Shown piece after piece: positions 32,921-45,524 of a DNA stretch of 64,000 bases. The notes beneath the pieces are model-generated. The model was not told the DNA's origin. It saw nothing but the letters and a program-made list of their open reading frames with translations, and did not search any database. How positions within the stretch are numbered: the stretch's first letter is position 1; each line of letters opens with the position of its first letter. The translations under genes and the position numbers were made by a program. Origin of the DNA: an uncultured Clostridia bacterium (GTDB taxonomy: Bacteria; Bacillota; Clostridia; TANB77; CAG-508). The DNA lies in the NCBI GenBank assembly GCA_947625685.1, contig CANQPK010000019.1, forward strand, positions 5,059 through 69,058. Reading direction: 5' to 3'.

Positions 32921-32975
32921 AAATAAAATATGGAGAGCAATTAATGATTGCTCTCCTAAGAGAGAGGGAAAACTT

Positions 32976-33840
32976 ATGCCAAAAAAAAAGAAATCTACAT
33001 ATAATATTGATGAAGAGATAATTATAGGGTATAATACAAAAAAAATAAAGGACAAGCCCTCTAAAGAAAAAAATAAAAAGAAGAAAAAGAAGAAAAAAAA
33101 TGGAAGATGGAACAAAGTAAAAAAGATACTACTTACTCTATTAAAAATAATATTAATACTTGCAATACTTCGGAGGAATAATAGCATTTTTATTTATTTC
33201 ACCAGTATTTAATATAACAGAAATAAAAGTAATTGGAGCCGAAAAGATAAATGAAAGTGTATACATAGCACTATCAGAAATACAATTAGGAGAAAATATA
33301 TTTAAAATAAACAAAACAAAAATAAAAAATGCAATAAAAACAGAAAGTTATGTTGATGAAGTGACAGTAAAAAGAACATATCCAGGCACCATAGAAATAT
33401 CGGTAAAAGAAAGAAAACCAGCATACAATATAGAAAATAATGGAATTTATGTATATATAGATAAAAATGGGTACATATTAGAAACCAACTCTGAACCGTA
33501 TGAAGCAGTGACAATAGAAGGAATTAAAACTGATTTAAATAATATAGAATTAGGAACAAGATTAAATGAAGAAGACTTATCAAAATTTAATGACCTTATA
33601 AAAATAATGAATAGTCTTAACAAAGATAGTTTAAAGGATAAATTAACAAGTATTAATATTTCAGACAGTAATAATTATATATTAAATTTTAAAAATGATA
33701 ATAAAATTATAGAATTAGGAGATACATCAGATTTAAGTACAAAAACATCATGGATAAAACGTTTTATAGAAGATGAAAAAGATAAAAAAGGAACAGTTCA
33801 TTTAAATACTCAAGATGTATATTTCTCACCAGCAGAATAA
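32976..33840 (+). CDS. ftsQ: Cell division protein FtsQ/DivIB; one +1 shift at CGG 33171
   Basis: Lys-rich cytoplasmic tail, a TM segment interrupted by the CGG (ILILAIL-G-GIIAFLFI), and a POTRA domain. The start is uncertain (32976 or 32907). Confidence 0.8.
33171..33174 (+). other. In-frame CGG +1 recoding site (CGGA)
   Basis: ftsQ: KIILILAIL-[c]GGA(G)-GIIAFLFISPVF. Confidence 0.8.
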
Positions 33841-33850
33841 GGAGGTTTGT

Positions 33851-34573
33851 ATGAAAGATAAAATACAAATAGCAATATCAATAGGACTTATGTGTGTCCT
33901 TTTAACAGGAGCAATTGTAGTACAACTAAATACGATAGAGAAAGGAGCACAAATCGTAGGAACAACATATGCAGAACAAAGTTTAAAGGATGCAGTTTTA
34001 AGGTGGAAAGAAAACTACGAAAATATATATGATACACTAGAAAAAACAAAAAATGAACTAGAAAGGGTAAGACAGGATACAACCAAGGAAAACGATGAAT
34101 CCGCTGAGTTAGAAGAAAAATTATCAAATGCTAATAAATTATTAGGATTAACAGAATTAACTGGCACAGGTGTTATTGTAACACTTGCAGATAATGATAC
34201 AATAAATATGGCTTTAGTCGGAAATGTAAACGACTATGTAGTTCATGATGGAGACTTAATGGAAGTAGTAAATGAATTAAAAAATGCAGGAGCAGAAGCA
34301 ATATCAATAAATGGTCAAAGAATTACTTCAATTACGGCGATAAGTTGCCAAGGAACTGTAATAACTGTAAATGGTGAAAAAATAAATTCACCATTCATAA
34401 TAAAAGCAATAGGAAATTCGGAAAGCTTATCTGCAATCTCAAGACCAGGTGGATATATTGAGTGGTTACAAAGTAAAAACTATGTAATTACTAGTATAGA
34501 AAAATCTAATAATGTAACAGTAGAAAAATATAATGGAGTCATTAGTTCTAAATATATGAAGAATGTACAATAG
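33851..34573 (+). CDS. DUF881 division-cluster protein
   Basis: ATG follows an AAGGAGG RBS. It has a TM segment, a coiled coil and the motif VHDGDLMEVVNELKNAGAEAISINGQRI. Confidence 0.8.
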   Translation: MKDKIQIAISIGLMCVLLTGAIVVQLNTIEKGAQIVGTTYAEQSLKDAVLRWKENYENIYDTLEKTKNELERVRQDTTKENDESAELEEKLSNANKLLGLTELTGTGVIVTLADNDTINMALVGNVNDYVVHDGDLMEVVNELKNAGAEAISINGQRITSITAISCQGTVITVNGEKINSPFIIKAIGNSESLSAISRPGGYIEWLQSKNYVITSIEKSNNVTVEKYNGVISSKYMKNVQ

Positions 34574-34589
34574 AAAGTGAGGTTAAAAT

Positions 34590-35321
34590 ATGAATAAAAG
34601 TAAAATTATTATGGCAGTAACAATAGGAATAATGAGCTTTATTATGATATATGTAATGTCAATTCAGTTTAAAACTGTTAATAAAACTGATGTAGATGAA
34701 TTAGAATATATGAGAGAAGCAGAATTAAAAGAAATGTTAACAAATTATAAAGAAAGATATGCAGAAACTGAGGAAGAATTAAAAGGAGTAAAAGATAAAA
34801 TAAATGAATATACACAAAATGAAAAATCTGAGGAAGAAGCACTAGAAGTTTTAAAAGAAGAAGTTAAAGAAGCAGATATGTTACTAGGAAATACAGATGT
34901 TAAGGGAGAAGGAGTAATAATAAAGATTAACTCTGAATCAAATTATTCGGCATTAAATAATGATATACCAATAATGGATGATGAAGAGCAGGTAGAAATT
35001 ACACATGAAGATCTTTTGGAAGTAGTAAATGAATTAAAACTTGCAGGAGCAGAAGCAATAGAAATAAATGATGAGAGGGTAGTCACAACAACAGATATAT
35101 TTGATGTTGGAAACTTTATTTTGATAAATGGACAAAGAACTAAAGCCCCTTATACAATAAAAGCGATAGGAAATCAAGCGTATTTAGAAAGTGCATTAAG
35201 TGTCAAAGATGGATATATAGATAAATATAGATCAAGAGGATATAGTGTAGAAATATCTAAAGAAAAAGAAATAGTTATAAAAAAATATGAAGGCGAAATG
35301 ACCTTAAAATATATAAAATAA
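34590..35321 (+). CDS. DUF881 division-cluster protein (second paralog)
   Basis: Contains the motif THEDLLEVVNELKLAGAEAIEINDERV. Confidence 0.8.
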   Translation: MNKSKIIMAVTIGIMSFIMIYVMSIQFKTVNKTDVDELEYMREAELKEMLTNYKERYAETEEELKGVKDKINEYTQNEKSEEEALEVLKEEVKEADMLLGNTDVKGEGVIIKINSESNYSALNNDIPIMDDEEQVEITHEDLLEVVNELKLAGAEAIEINDERVVTTTDIFDVGNFILINGQRTKAPYTIKAIGNQAYLESALSVKDGYIDKYRSRGYSVEISKEKEIVIKKYEGEMTLKYIK

Positions 35322-35335
35322 TGGGAGGTAAAAAT

Positions 35336-35719
35336 ATGATAATATTATCAATAATAATAGGATGTCTAATAGGAGTAATTTTGGGAGTATTTGCTCCAAC
35401 AATTTCATATGTATATACAGATTATCTTGCAATATCAATTGTTGCAGCATTAGACTCTGTATTTGGAGGAATCGTAGCAACATTAAAAAATAATTTCAAT
35501 TTTAAAGTATTTGTTTCAGGATTTTTTGGAAATGCGATACTTTCTATATTATTAACACTACTTGGAAATAAATTGGATGTAGATATATATTTAGCAGCAA
35601 TAGTAGTATTTGTAGGAAGAATGTTTAATAATTTAACCATTATAAGAAGGCATTATTTAGAGAAATGGGAAGAGTCTAAGAATAAAAATCAAACAAAAAC
35701 AGAGGAACAAAAAAACTAA
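35336..35719 (+). CDS. sbp: Small basic protein Sbp (DUF1290)
   Basis: ATG at 35336 follows a GGGAGG RBS. It is a small membrane protein in the conserved position before ftsA. Confidence 0.7.
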   Translation: MIILSIIIGCLIGVILGVFAPTISYVYTDYLAISIVAALDSVFGGIVATLKNNFNFKVFVSGFFGNAILSILLTLLGNKLDVDIYLAAIVVFVGRMFNNLTIIRRHYLEKWEESKNKNQTKTEEQKN

Positions 35720-35896
35720 ATAATTAACAAAAAACAGTAAAAGAAGCCAATGTCTTTTAAAATAAAGCATTAGCTTTTTTTATTACAAATTTATAACAAA
35801 ATTATTACAAAATTATTACAAATTCTATTGACATTTTTGTCAAAATATTATATTCTTAAATACAAGGAAAAAATATAAAAAATGGAGGAATTAAGA

Positions 35897-37128
35897 TTGG
35901 CAATAGGTGATATAATTGTCGGCTTAGATATCCGGAACTTCTAAGGTATCTGCTATTGTTGGAGAAGTAAATAATTTCAATCAGATTGAAATTATTGCAA
36001 TGTCAAAATGCAAATGTAGGGGAATACAAAAAGGAAAAATAGTAGATGAAGATGATATAAGTTTATCGATATCCAAAGCAATTCAAGATGCTGAAGATGA
36101 AGCCAATTTAAAGATACACTCTGCTTATGTTACAATTCCTGGTAAATATGTTACCATAGTACAAAACAGTATTATAAAGGAAGTAAAAGACAAATATGCA
36201 GGAATATCAGTAAAAGATGTTGGTGCAAGTATAATGCAAGTCAAGGACATAGAAGTGCCAGAAGGAAAAATGATCATAGACATAGTCCCTGAATGTTTCA
36301 TATTAGATAATGGAGAAAAGGTTCAAGATCCTGTGGGAGGTTTAAGTTCAAACTTTACTTTGCAAGCTCAAATTATCCTAGCAGATAAAGACTATATAAA
36401 GAAAATAAGTTCAATATTTAAAAAAGCAGGAGTAGAGCTTGATGGAATGGTTCCAATAACGCTAGCAGAAAGAAATCTAGTTTTAGATAGGAATGAACTA
36501 AATGACAATATAATGCTTTTAGATATAGGAGCAGGAAACATTGAAATCCGGTGTATTTGAAGGAAATAAATTTATTTATACAAATACAATACCACTTGGA
36601 GGAGACACAATTAGAAGAGATATAGAGCTTGTATTAAACATATCTGAAGAAGAAGCGGACAAGCTAAAAAGACAATATGGATTAGCTTTAAAATCATTTA
36701 TTGACAATGACAATGATATATTCCTAAATACATATAGAGGAGAAACTAAAAATAAAACAATTAAAAGTTCAGAATTAATTGAAATAATAGAAGCAAGAAT
36801 TGAAGAAATGTTCTTTTTGATAAATAGAGATATAATCAATCAAGGAATAAAACAAAGAATAAACAATGTTATTTTAACAGGACAAGGAATAACCAATATA
36901 AATAAAAGTGATGTAGCAGGTAAAATAGCATTAAATATACCAGTAAAAATATCAACAGGAAGGCTAGTAAGCACAATAAAACCAAGCTATAGGACAGCTT
37001 ATTCTTTAGTTAGATATGTTGCTTCAAAGCCATTTTCAAAATCCGTAGCAAGCACAATAGATGTAACAAGTGATGAAAATATCTTTAAAATGATATTCGA
37101 GAGAATAAAAGAATTTTTTTATAGTTAA
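35897..37128 (+). CDS. ftsA: Cell division protein FtsA; two +1 shifts at CGG 35933 and 36549
   Basis: TTG start follows a GGAGG RBS. Joins are MAIGDIIVGLDI-G-TSKVSAIVGEV (phosphate-1 motif) and LDIGAGNIEI-G-VFEGNKFIY. Confidence 0.88.
35933..35936 (+). other. In-frame CGG +1 recoding site (CGGA)
   Basis: ftsA: IIVGLDI-[c]GGA(G)-TSKVSAIVGEV. Confidence 0.92.
36549..36552 (+). other. In-frame CGG +1 recoding site (CGGT)
   Basis: ftsA: LDIGAGNIEI-[c]GGT(G)-VFEGNKFIYT. Confidence 0.85.
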
Positions 37129-37149
37129 AGTTAAGGGAGGAACAAGTAT

Positions 37150-38265
37150 ATGTTAGGGTATGATGAAATGGAAAAACCAATGGATGAAACAGCAATAATC
37201 AAGGTAATTGGAGTTGGAGGAGCTGGAAACAATGCTGTTAATAGAATGATTGAGAGTGGTATAAAAGGAGTAGAATTTATCTCAGTAAATACAGATAGAC
37301 AAGCTTTAAAACAATCTAATGCTAGCACGAAGATACAAATAGGAGAAAAAATAACAAGAGGATTAGGAGCAGGAGCTAACCCAGATATAGGAACTCAATC
37401 AGCAGAAGAAAATAAAACAGAAATAGCAGAAGCACTAAGAGGAGCAGACATGGTATTCGTAACTGCCGGAATGGGTGGAGGAACTGGAACTGGAGCAGCT
37501 CCAATAGTAGCAAATGCTGCAAAGGAAATGGGAATACTTACAATAGGTGTAGTTACAAAACCATTTACATTTGAAGGTAAAAAAAGACTTGCTCAAGCAG
37601 AGCGTGGAATAGAAAGTTTAAAAACTAAAGTAGATGCATTAGTTGTAATACCAAATGATAAATTATTACAAATTATAGATAGAAAAACTTCAATGGTAGA
37701 TGCATTTATAATGGCAGATGATGTATTAAGACAAGGTGTTCAAGGAATATCTGACTTAATAGCAAATCCAGGACTTGTAAACCTAGATTTTGCAGATGTT
37801 AAAACAATAATGCTAAACACAGGAATGGCACATATGGGTATAGGTAGAGCAACAGGTGAAAATAGAGCAGAAGATGCTGCAAAACAAGCAATTCAAAGCC
37901 CATTATTAGAGACTTCAATAGAAGGAGCAAGAGGAGTAATTATAAATATTACAGGATCAAGTTCAATAGGATTACAAGAAATTAATACAGCTGCTGAATT
38001 AGTACAAAGAAGTGTAGATCCAGAAGCAAATATAATCTTTGGTACAGCAATAGACGAATCATTAGAGGATGAAATCGTAATAACAGTAATTGCAACTGGA
38101 TTTGATAAAGATAGACCAATATCAAGCATTGGTGTAGAAGAAATAGTTTCAAAGGCATGGGATAAAAAGATAACATCAGTACCTATGTCAGAAACAAGTT
38201 CAAATGCAAACTCACAAGACCTAGATATACCATCCTTCCTAAGAAAGAACAAAGGAATCAAGTAA
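37150..38265 (+). CDS. ftsZ: Cell division protein FtsZ
   Basis: Tubulin signature [10 protein letters not shown] is present. Start follows an AAGGGAGG RBS. Confidence 0.97.
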   Translation: MLGYDEMEKPMDETAIIKVIGVGGAGNNAVNRMIESGIKGVEFISVNTDRQALKQSNASTKIQIGEKITRGLGAGANPDIGTQSAEENKTEIAEALRGADMVFVTAGMGGGTGTGAAPIVANAAKEMGILTIGVVTKPFTFEGKKRLAQAERGIESLKTKVDALVVIPNDKLLQIIDRKTSMVDAFIMADDVLRQGVQGISDLIANPGLVNLDFADVKTIMLNTGMAHMGIGRATGENRAEDAAKQAIQSPLLETSIEGARGVIINITGSSSIGLQEINTAAELVQRSVDPEANIIFGTAIDESLEDEIVITVIATGFDKDRPISSIGVEEIVSKAWDKKITSVPMSETSSNANSQDLDIPSFLRKNKGIK

Positions 38266-38273
38266 GAAACAAG

Positions 38274-38308
38274 TAAAAAAACTCTAACATTAAGTTAGAG
38301 TTTTTTTA
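38274..38308. terminator. Bidirectional intrinsic terminator
   Basis: AAAAAAACTCTAAC / GTTAGAGTTTTTTT lies between convergent ftsZ and 38311..39015. Confidence 0.8.
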
Positions 38309-38310
38309 TA

Positions 38311-39015
38311 CTATTTTTCATTTTCCAAGTCATTTAGTTGAGCTTTTAAATTAGCTATTTTTTCTTGTCTTATTTTTTCTCTTCTTTCTTTTACAACTTT
38401 CCTTGCTGCTACCATTTCAGGAATATTATGAGCTTTTTCTCCTATTCCTATATCAAAAAATTTTTCATAATCTGATTCTTTGCCTGATACTCCACCAATA
38501 TATTTTCCACATTCATTTATAGAAGTATTTCCACTTTCTTTTGCTTTAGCTATTTCTTCAGGGGTCATCATTCCAGCATCAAGATATCTTTTTACTCTAG
38601 ATTCATTAAGCAAAGATTCCATAACTATTTTTTTATAAATAGGATCTGTTTCTAACAAATGTAAATCAATTTGAGCTAAGATAGATTTAAAATCTTCACT
38701 TCTTTGATTAACGAATTTACCTAACTTATTGTCGAATATTTGGCAATCATCCTGACTATACCAAGATACAGCACAATCATATACATTACTATTTGGGAAG
38801 TTTATATTTTTCCCCTTCACTATTAATTTAGTTGTGTCATAAAATTGACCAAATTTTGGATTTCCTTCAATATATTCTAATTCTAAACCTCGATTAGTAT
38901 ATTCTATCTGAGGATCATATTCACTAACAGAATTTGATTGTTGAGTTGTTTGAGAAGAAAGTGTATTTTCTTTTCTTTTATCTACCTCTTTATTTTTTCT
39001 ACTAAATAATTTCAT
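38311..39015 (-). CDS. Hypothetical protein (234 aa)
   Basis: ATG at 39015 follows an AAAGGTGGGA RBS. No recognisable domain. C-terminal coiled coil. Confidence 0.55.
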   Translation of the reverse strand: MKLFSRKNKEVDKRKENTLSSQTTQQSNSVSEYDPQIEYTNRGLELEYIEGNPKFGQFYDTTKLIVKGKNINFPNSNVYDCAVSWYSQDDCQIFDNKLGKFVNQRSEDFKSILAQIDLHLLETDPIYKKIVMESLLNESRVKRYLDAGMMTPEEIAKAKESGNTSINECGKYIGGVSGKESDYEKFFDIGIGEKAHNIPEMVAARKVVKERREKIRQEKIANLKAQLNDLENEK

Positions 39016-39199
39016 AATAATCCCACCTTTCGAAATCATCTTTAGGTATATATACATTATACCATATTTTAGCCAAAAACACAAATTTGGCAAGCAATTT
39101 TGGGGTATCTAATTAAAGTTTTATACAAATAAAATTACATCTTGTGACAAATTTTTTATTATGATATAATAGCTAGGTAGCAAAAATTAGGAGGAAAAA

Positions 39200-42100
39200 A
39201 TGTATCTAAAAAGATTAGAAATGCAAGGATTTAAATCATTTGCAGATAAAACAGTATTAGAATTTTTACCAGGAATTACAACAGTTATTGGACCAAATGG
39301 ATCTGGGAAAAGTAATATATCAGATAGTATCAGATGGGTACTTGGAGAGCAAAGTATGAAATCTTTGAGAGGTTCAAAATCAGAAGATGTAATATTTGCA
39401 GGAACACAAAACAGAAAATCATTAGGTTTTGCAGAAGTATCCCTAATATTTGACAATATGGATGGTAAGCTTCCAGTTGAATACACGGAAGTTACAGTTA
39501 CAAGAAAACTATATAGAAGTGGTGAATCTCAATATTTTATAAATAAAGTACAATGCAGATTAAAAGATGTTATAGAGCTATTTATGGATACAGGAATAGG
39601 AAAAGACCGGTTACTCAATAATTGGACAAGGAAGAATAGATGAAATATTAAGTAACAAATCAGAAGACAGAAGAAATATATTTGAAGAAGCAGCAGGAAT
39701 TGTAAAATATAAAACTAGAAAAAACGAAGCAGAAAAAAAGCTAGAAAGAACGAAATTAAATTTACTTAGAATAAATGACATTCTAGCTGAGATAGAACAA
39801 AATATAGAACCATTAAAAGTGCAAGCAGAAAAAGCAAAACAATTTTTAAATCTTCGTGAAGAATTAAAGAATATAGAAGTTGGACTTTTTGTATACAACA
39901 TTTCTACATATAAAGAAAAACTAGAAAAAATTCTTCAGGATGAAGAAATCTTGGTATCACAAAATACTGAAGAAAATGTAAAATTAGAAAAATTAAATGA
40001 ACTTAAGCAAAATCTAAAAATAGAAATAGACAATATAACAAAAGAAATAGAAAATACACAAAATCTTGGATCACAGAGTATACAAGAAAAAGAAAAATTA
40101 AATTCAGAAATAAATGTATGCAATGAAAGAATAGCAAATAATGATGAAAACTATGCAAGATATGAAAAAGAAATAGAAGAAATAAAGGAAAGAAATAAAG
40201 CTTTAGAAGAGGAAAAGACTCAAAAGCAAGAAAAGAAGGGAAAGCTTTTTGAAAATAAAGAAAAATTTGAAAAGGAATTAAAACAAAAGGAAGAAGAACT
40301 TAAGAACCTTACAGAAAAGCTTTCAAGTAAAGAAAAGGAAATAGAAGAGAAAAAGGCAAAAGTAGAAGGATATACAGATGAAAAATATGAAAAAATGAAT
40401 GAAATAAGCACATTGGAAGTTACAAATGAAAATATTGATAAAAGAGTAAAGGCATTAAAATATGATATACAGGTTGGAATTTCAGAACTTGATAGTACAA
40501 ACCTTACAAAACAAGATATAGCAAAAACATTTTATGAAATAGAAGCAAAAAGAAATAAATTTCAAAAGCAAGTAGAGGATATAAATAATAAAAAGGAAAC
40601 AGAAGAGAAAAATATCAAAAAATATGAAGATATAATAAATAATTTACAATCTGAATATAGAATAAAAGAATCAAAATTAAAATTCTTAATAGAAACAGAA
40701 AAAGAAAAAGAAGGTTATTCAAAAAGTGTAAAATCACTTTTACTTGCTATAGAAAAAGACCAAGAAATTGGAAAATGCTCAGAAGGAGTTTTAGGAAATT
40801 TAATATCTGTTCCAAGTAAATACCAGATAGCAATAGAAATGGCTCTTGGAGCATCTATTCAAAATATAGTTACAAAAACAGAGGGAGATGCAAAAAAACT
40901 TGTAGAATATTTAAGAGCAAATGACTTAGGAAGAGCATCGTTTTTACCAATGACATCTGTAAAAGGTAAAAAATTAGAAAAATTTAACAGTAAAAATATA
41001 GATATAGAAATTGCATCAGATGTAATAAAGTATGACAAAAAATACGAACAAATCATATTAAGCCTCCTTGGAAGAACGGTAATTGTAGAAGATATAAAAG
41101 AGGCAATAGATCTTGCAAAACAAAATAATTATGGATTTAAGATAGTTACTTTAAAAGGAGATATAATAAATCCTTCTGGTAGCATTTCTGGAGGTTCTTA
41201 TGCTAAAAAGACAGTAAATATACTTGGTAGAAAAAATGAAATAAAAGAATTAGAAAAAGAATTAAAGGAAATAGAAAAGAAAATCCAAAAACAATTAGAT
41301 GAAAAGAAAACATTTGAAGCAAATGCAGAAAAATATGAGGAAGAATTACAAAGCCTAACAACAGAAATGCAAGAAATTCAGATAACATATGCAACAGATG
41401 AACAAAAGCTAAAGATGGTAGAGGAAAATATTACCAAATTGCAAGAAAAAATTGGAAAATCAAAAGAAGAACTTCAAGGAATAGAAAATCAAAAAGAAGA
41501 AAACATATTAAAGATAGCTGAAATAAATGAAATACTAAATAAAAATAGCGAAGATATGCTTAAATTAAAAGAAGAGATTGCAGAATTTGCAAAAACAAAT
41601 TCTGATAATCAAAAATATATAGATGATTTAAATTTTGATGTTACAAACTTAAAAATATCAGTTTCTTCATTTAATGAAAGTGAAATGTCAATAGATGAAA
41701 TGGTTGAAAGAATTGATCAGGATATACAAAATAATATGTCTAGCATTTCAAAAAAACAAGAAACTATGCAAAATATGAAAACTGAAAACGAAGAGATGAA
41801 ACAAAAAATTATTACATTAGAACAAGCTAAAAAAGAACTAGATAGTAAGATGAATTCTAGTGATGAAAACATAGCTAAATTGAAAACTCAAAGAGAAGAA
41901 AAAAATAAAGAATTAAATGAAACAGAAGAAAAGATTTTGAGTCAAATAAATACTTTAGATGGACTAAAAGAGGAAATCTTAAAGATTGGAGTGAAAAAAG
42001 ATAAAGTTAAAGAAGATATAGATGAGATAACTAATAAACTTTGGGAAGAATATGAAATAACTCCAAATAATGCCTTAGGATATGAAAAACCTGATAACAT

Positions 42101-42743
42101 AGCAAAAACAACTAAAAATGTAAATTCTTTGAGAAATAAAATAAAAGACCTAGGAAGTGTAAATGTAGATTCAATTGAGGAATATAAAGAACTTTCAAAA
42201 AGATATGACTTTATGTGTGAACAAAGACTTGATATAGAAAATACTATGGCAAAACTTAAAAATGTAATTCAAGAAATGACACAAATAATGAAAACAGAAT
42301 TCACTGAAAAATTTGAAATAATAAATAAAAATTTCTCAGAAGTATTTAAAGAATTATTTGGTGGAGGTAAAGCAAGTTTAGTATTAGAAGATGAAAAAAA
42401 TATACTAGAATGTGGGATAGAAATTATAGTACAACCACCAGGAAAGAAGCTTCAAAACTTAAGTTTACTTTCAGGAGGAGAAAAAGCTTTTACAGCAATT
42501 GCTTTACTTTTCGCAATGCTAAGAATTAATCCGGCACCATTTTGCGTACTTGACGAGATAGAAGCTGCACTAGATGATGTAAATGTATATAGATTTGCTG
42601 AGTATTTGAAAAAATTTACCAAAAATACCCAATTTTTAGTAATTACTCACAGAAAAGGAACAATGGAATCAGGAAATTCTGTGTATGGTATAACAATGGA
42701 AGAAAATGGAATAAGTAAACTTTTGTCAATGAAACTAAATTAA
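39200..42743 (+). CDS. smc: Chromosome partition protein Smc; one +1 shift at CGG 39608
   Basis: Walker [10 protein letters not shown] is present. The join [37 protein letters not shown] matches the head domain. Long coiled coils and the signature LSGGEKA follow. Confidence 0.92.
39608..39611 (+). other. In-frame CGG +1 recoding site (CGGT)
   Basis: smc: DTGIGKD-[c]GGT(G)[13 protein letters not shown]. Confidence 0.92.
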
Positions 42744-42751
42744 GAAAGTAT

Positions 42752-42798
42752 AAACTTTCTAAGATTTCATAAAATAATCTTAGAAAGTTTATTTTTTT
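42752..42798 (+). terminator. Intrinsic terminator after smc
   Basis: 14-bp perfect stem AAACTTTCTAAGAT / ATCTTAGAAAGTTT followed by a T-run. Confidence 0.85.
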
Positions 42799-42816
42799 GT
42801 AAAGAGGAGGTAAATT

Positions 42817-42930
42817 ATGGATGAAGATGAAACAAAGTATGGAGAATTTATATCATCATATTTTGCATGGATAACATTAGAAAAACAGAAGAAAGAAGCA
42901 AAAAAATTGGAAGATATGACAAAAAAATAG
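42817..42930 (+). CDS. Hypothetical small protein (37 aa)
   Basis: ATG follows a strong AAAGAGGAGG RBS. Translation is MDEDETKYGEFISSYFAWITLEKQKKEAKKLEDMTKK. Confidence 0.45.
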   Translation: MDEDETKYGEFISSYFAWITLEKQKKEAKKLEDMTKK

Positions 42931-43007
42931 GAAGTTTTGTCGTATGTATTGAATTCACAAAAAAATTTGATATAATTACCAAAGAAGATTGGTAAAGGAG
43001 CGATTAG

Positions 43008-45465
43008 ATGATGACATATAAATTTACACCTAGCGCAGAAAAAGCTATGGAATTTGCAAATGAAATAACTTTAAAATTAGGCCATGATTATATTGGAACA
43101 GAGCATATATTATATGGACTTTGCAAAGAAAATACAGGTGTTGCGAGTAAAGTCTTAGAAGGACAAGGTATAATGTATGAGAATATAATGATACAAATAG
43201 AAGAAATAATAGGAGTAGGAAGATTAAAATCTAAAAAAGTTCTAGGCTTTACTCCAAGAACAAAAAAAACTTTAGAAAATGCATATCAAGAAGCAAAAAA
43301 GATGAATTCTGATCTTATTGGAACAGAACATATATTAATTCGGAATGCTAAAAGAGGGAGATAGCATAGCTGTTCGTACACTATCAAATTTAAATGTAGA
43401 TATAAAAGAGATATATGAAGATATCTTGAAGGTTATAACAGAAAATGCATCAGAAGAAAATAAAACAAAAGCTAAATTAGCAAAAGAAAAAATAGATAAT
43501 GATTTTGCACAAACACCAACTTTAAATCAATTTGGTGTAGATTTAACTAAGATTGCAAAAGAAGGAAAACTTGATCCAATAGTAGGTAGGAAAAATGAAA
43601 TAGATAGAGTAATTCAAATATTAACTAGAAAAACAAAAAATAATCCTTGCTTAATAGGAGAGCCAGGTGTTGGAAAAACTGCAATAGTAGAAGGACTTAG
43701 CTATAAAATAATGTCAAATGAAGTTCCACAAATGCTAAAAAATAAAAGAGTAGTTAATCTTGATATATCAAGTATGGTAGCAGGTTCAAAGTACAGAGGT
43801 GATTTTGAAGATAGAATAAAAAAAGCATTAAATGAAGTCAAAAAAGCAGGAAATGTAATACTTTTTATAGATGAAATACATACAATAGTAGGAGCAGGTT
43901 CTGCAGAAGGAGCAATAGATGCAGCAAATATATTAAAACCAATTTTAGCAAGAGGAGAAATTAGTTTAATTGGAGCTACAACTTCTGATGAATATAGAAA
44001 ATATATAGAAAAAGACACAGCATTGGAAAGAAGATTTAGCCCAGTAATGATAGAAGAACCAAATATAGAAAGTACAATTTTAATTTTAAAAGGTATAAGA
44101 GATAAGTATGAAGCACATCACAATGTAGAAATAACTGATGAAGCAATAAATGCAGCAGTAAATTTATCAGTCAGATATATTTCAGATAGGTATCTTCCAG
44201 ATAAAGCAATAGATGTAATAGATGAAGCAGCATCAAATGCACGAATGATAAAATATACTATGCCAGATAAACTTAAAGAATTAGAACAAAATTTAGAAAA
44301 AATAAAAAAACAGAAGGAAGAAGCAGTTTCACTGCAAGAATTTGAAAAGGCAGCTGAATTTAGAGATAAAGAGCAAAAATGCGAAAGAAAGCTAGAAAAA
44401 GAAAAGGAAAAGTGGAGAGATGAAAATGTAAGAGAACTTACAAAAATAACGGAGGATAATGTAGCAGAAGTAATTGCAAAATGGACAAACATTCCAGTTA
44501 CAAAAATTAGTCAGGATGAAAATGAAAAATTAAAAAATTTAGAAGCGGAACTTCATAAAAGAGTAGTTGGACAAGATCAAGCTATAGAGGCTGTTGCAAA
44601 ATCTATAAGAAGAGGAAGAGTTGGTATAAAAGATCCAAATCGCCCAATAGGTTCGTTCTTATTCTTAGGACCAACTGGAGTAGGAAAAACAGAAACATCA
44701 AAAGCACTAGCAGAAGTTCTATTTGGTACAGAGAATAGCATAATAAGAGTAGATATGTCAGAATATATGGAATCTCATTCTACATCAAAATTGATTGGCT
44801 CACCTCCAGGATATGTTGGATATGATGAAGGTGGATATTTAACAAAAAAAGTAAAGCAAAAACCATATTCTATAATTCTATTTGATGAAATTGAAAAAGC
44901 ACATCCAGATGTTATGAATATGCTACTTCAGATATTAGAAGATGGAAGACTTACAGATAGTACAGGAAGAGTTATAAGTTTTAAAAATACAGTAATTATT
45001 ATGACATCTAATGTTGGTGCAAAATTGATTACAGAAAACAAGAAATTAGGATTTTCAAATTCATCAAATGAAGAAGAAAAAAATAAAATAGACTACGAAA
45101 ATGCAAAAAAAGATATTATGCAAGAGGTAAAAAAAGAATTTAGGCCAGAATTTATAAATCGTATAGATGAAATAATAGTTTTCCATAAGTTAGAAGAAGA
45201 AGATGTAGAAAAAATATTAGATTTAATGTTATCTAATTTAATAAAAAGATTAGAAATTCAAGGATATACAATAGAAATTGATGATTCTGTAAAAAAATAT
45301 ATTATAGAACAGGGAATAGATAAAAACTATGGTGCAAGACCTTTAAGAAGAGCAGTTCAAACAATAGTTGAAGATACTATAACAGATGGTATACTAAATG
45401 GTGAGATAAAAACAAATGAGAAAAAAATATTACTGCAAAATGATGGGAAAATAGTAATTAAGTAA
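43008..45465 (+). CDS. clpC: ATP-dependent Clp protease ATP-binding subunit ClpC; one +1 shift at CGG 43341
   Basis: The join GTEHILI-G-MLKEGDSIAVRTL lies in Clp_N repeat 2. It has two AAA modules (GEPGVGKT, GPTGVGKT) and a UVR-like linker. Confidence 0.92.
43341..43344 (+). other. In-frame CGG +1 recoding site (CGGA)
   Basis: clpC: GTEHILI-[c]GGA(G)-MLKEGDSIAVRTL. Confidence 0.92.
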
Positions 45466-45468
45466 TAA

Positions 45469-45501
45469 AAATAAACGGACCTTTTTTGGTCTGTTTATTT
45501 T
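45469..45501. terminator. Intrinsic terminator (between clpC and the convergent small ORF)
   Basis: Stem AAATAAACGGACC / GGTCTGTTTATTT (one G-U pair) followed by a T-run. Confidence 0.7.
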
Positions 45502-45524
45502 GCAAGAAATATTGAATAAGAGAA

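Noticed and set aside
33061-33100. An A-rich tract (AAAAATAAAAAGAAGAAAAAGAAGAAAAAAAA) as a possible slippery or phase-variable site in ftsQ.
   Set aside because: It is not a perfect homopolymer and it simply encodes the poly-Lys cytoplasmic tail (KNKKKKKKKKN). The frame is intact across it.
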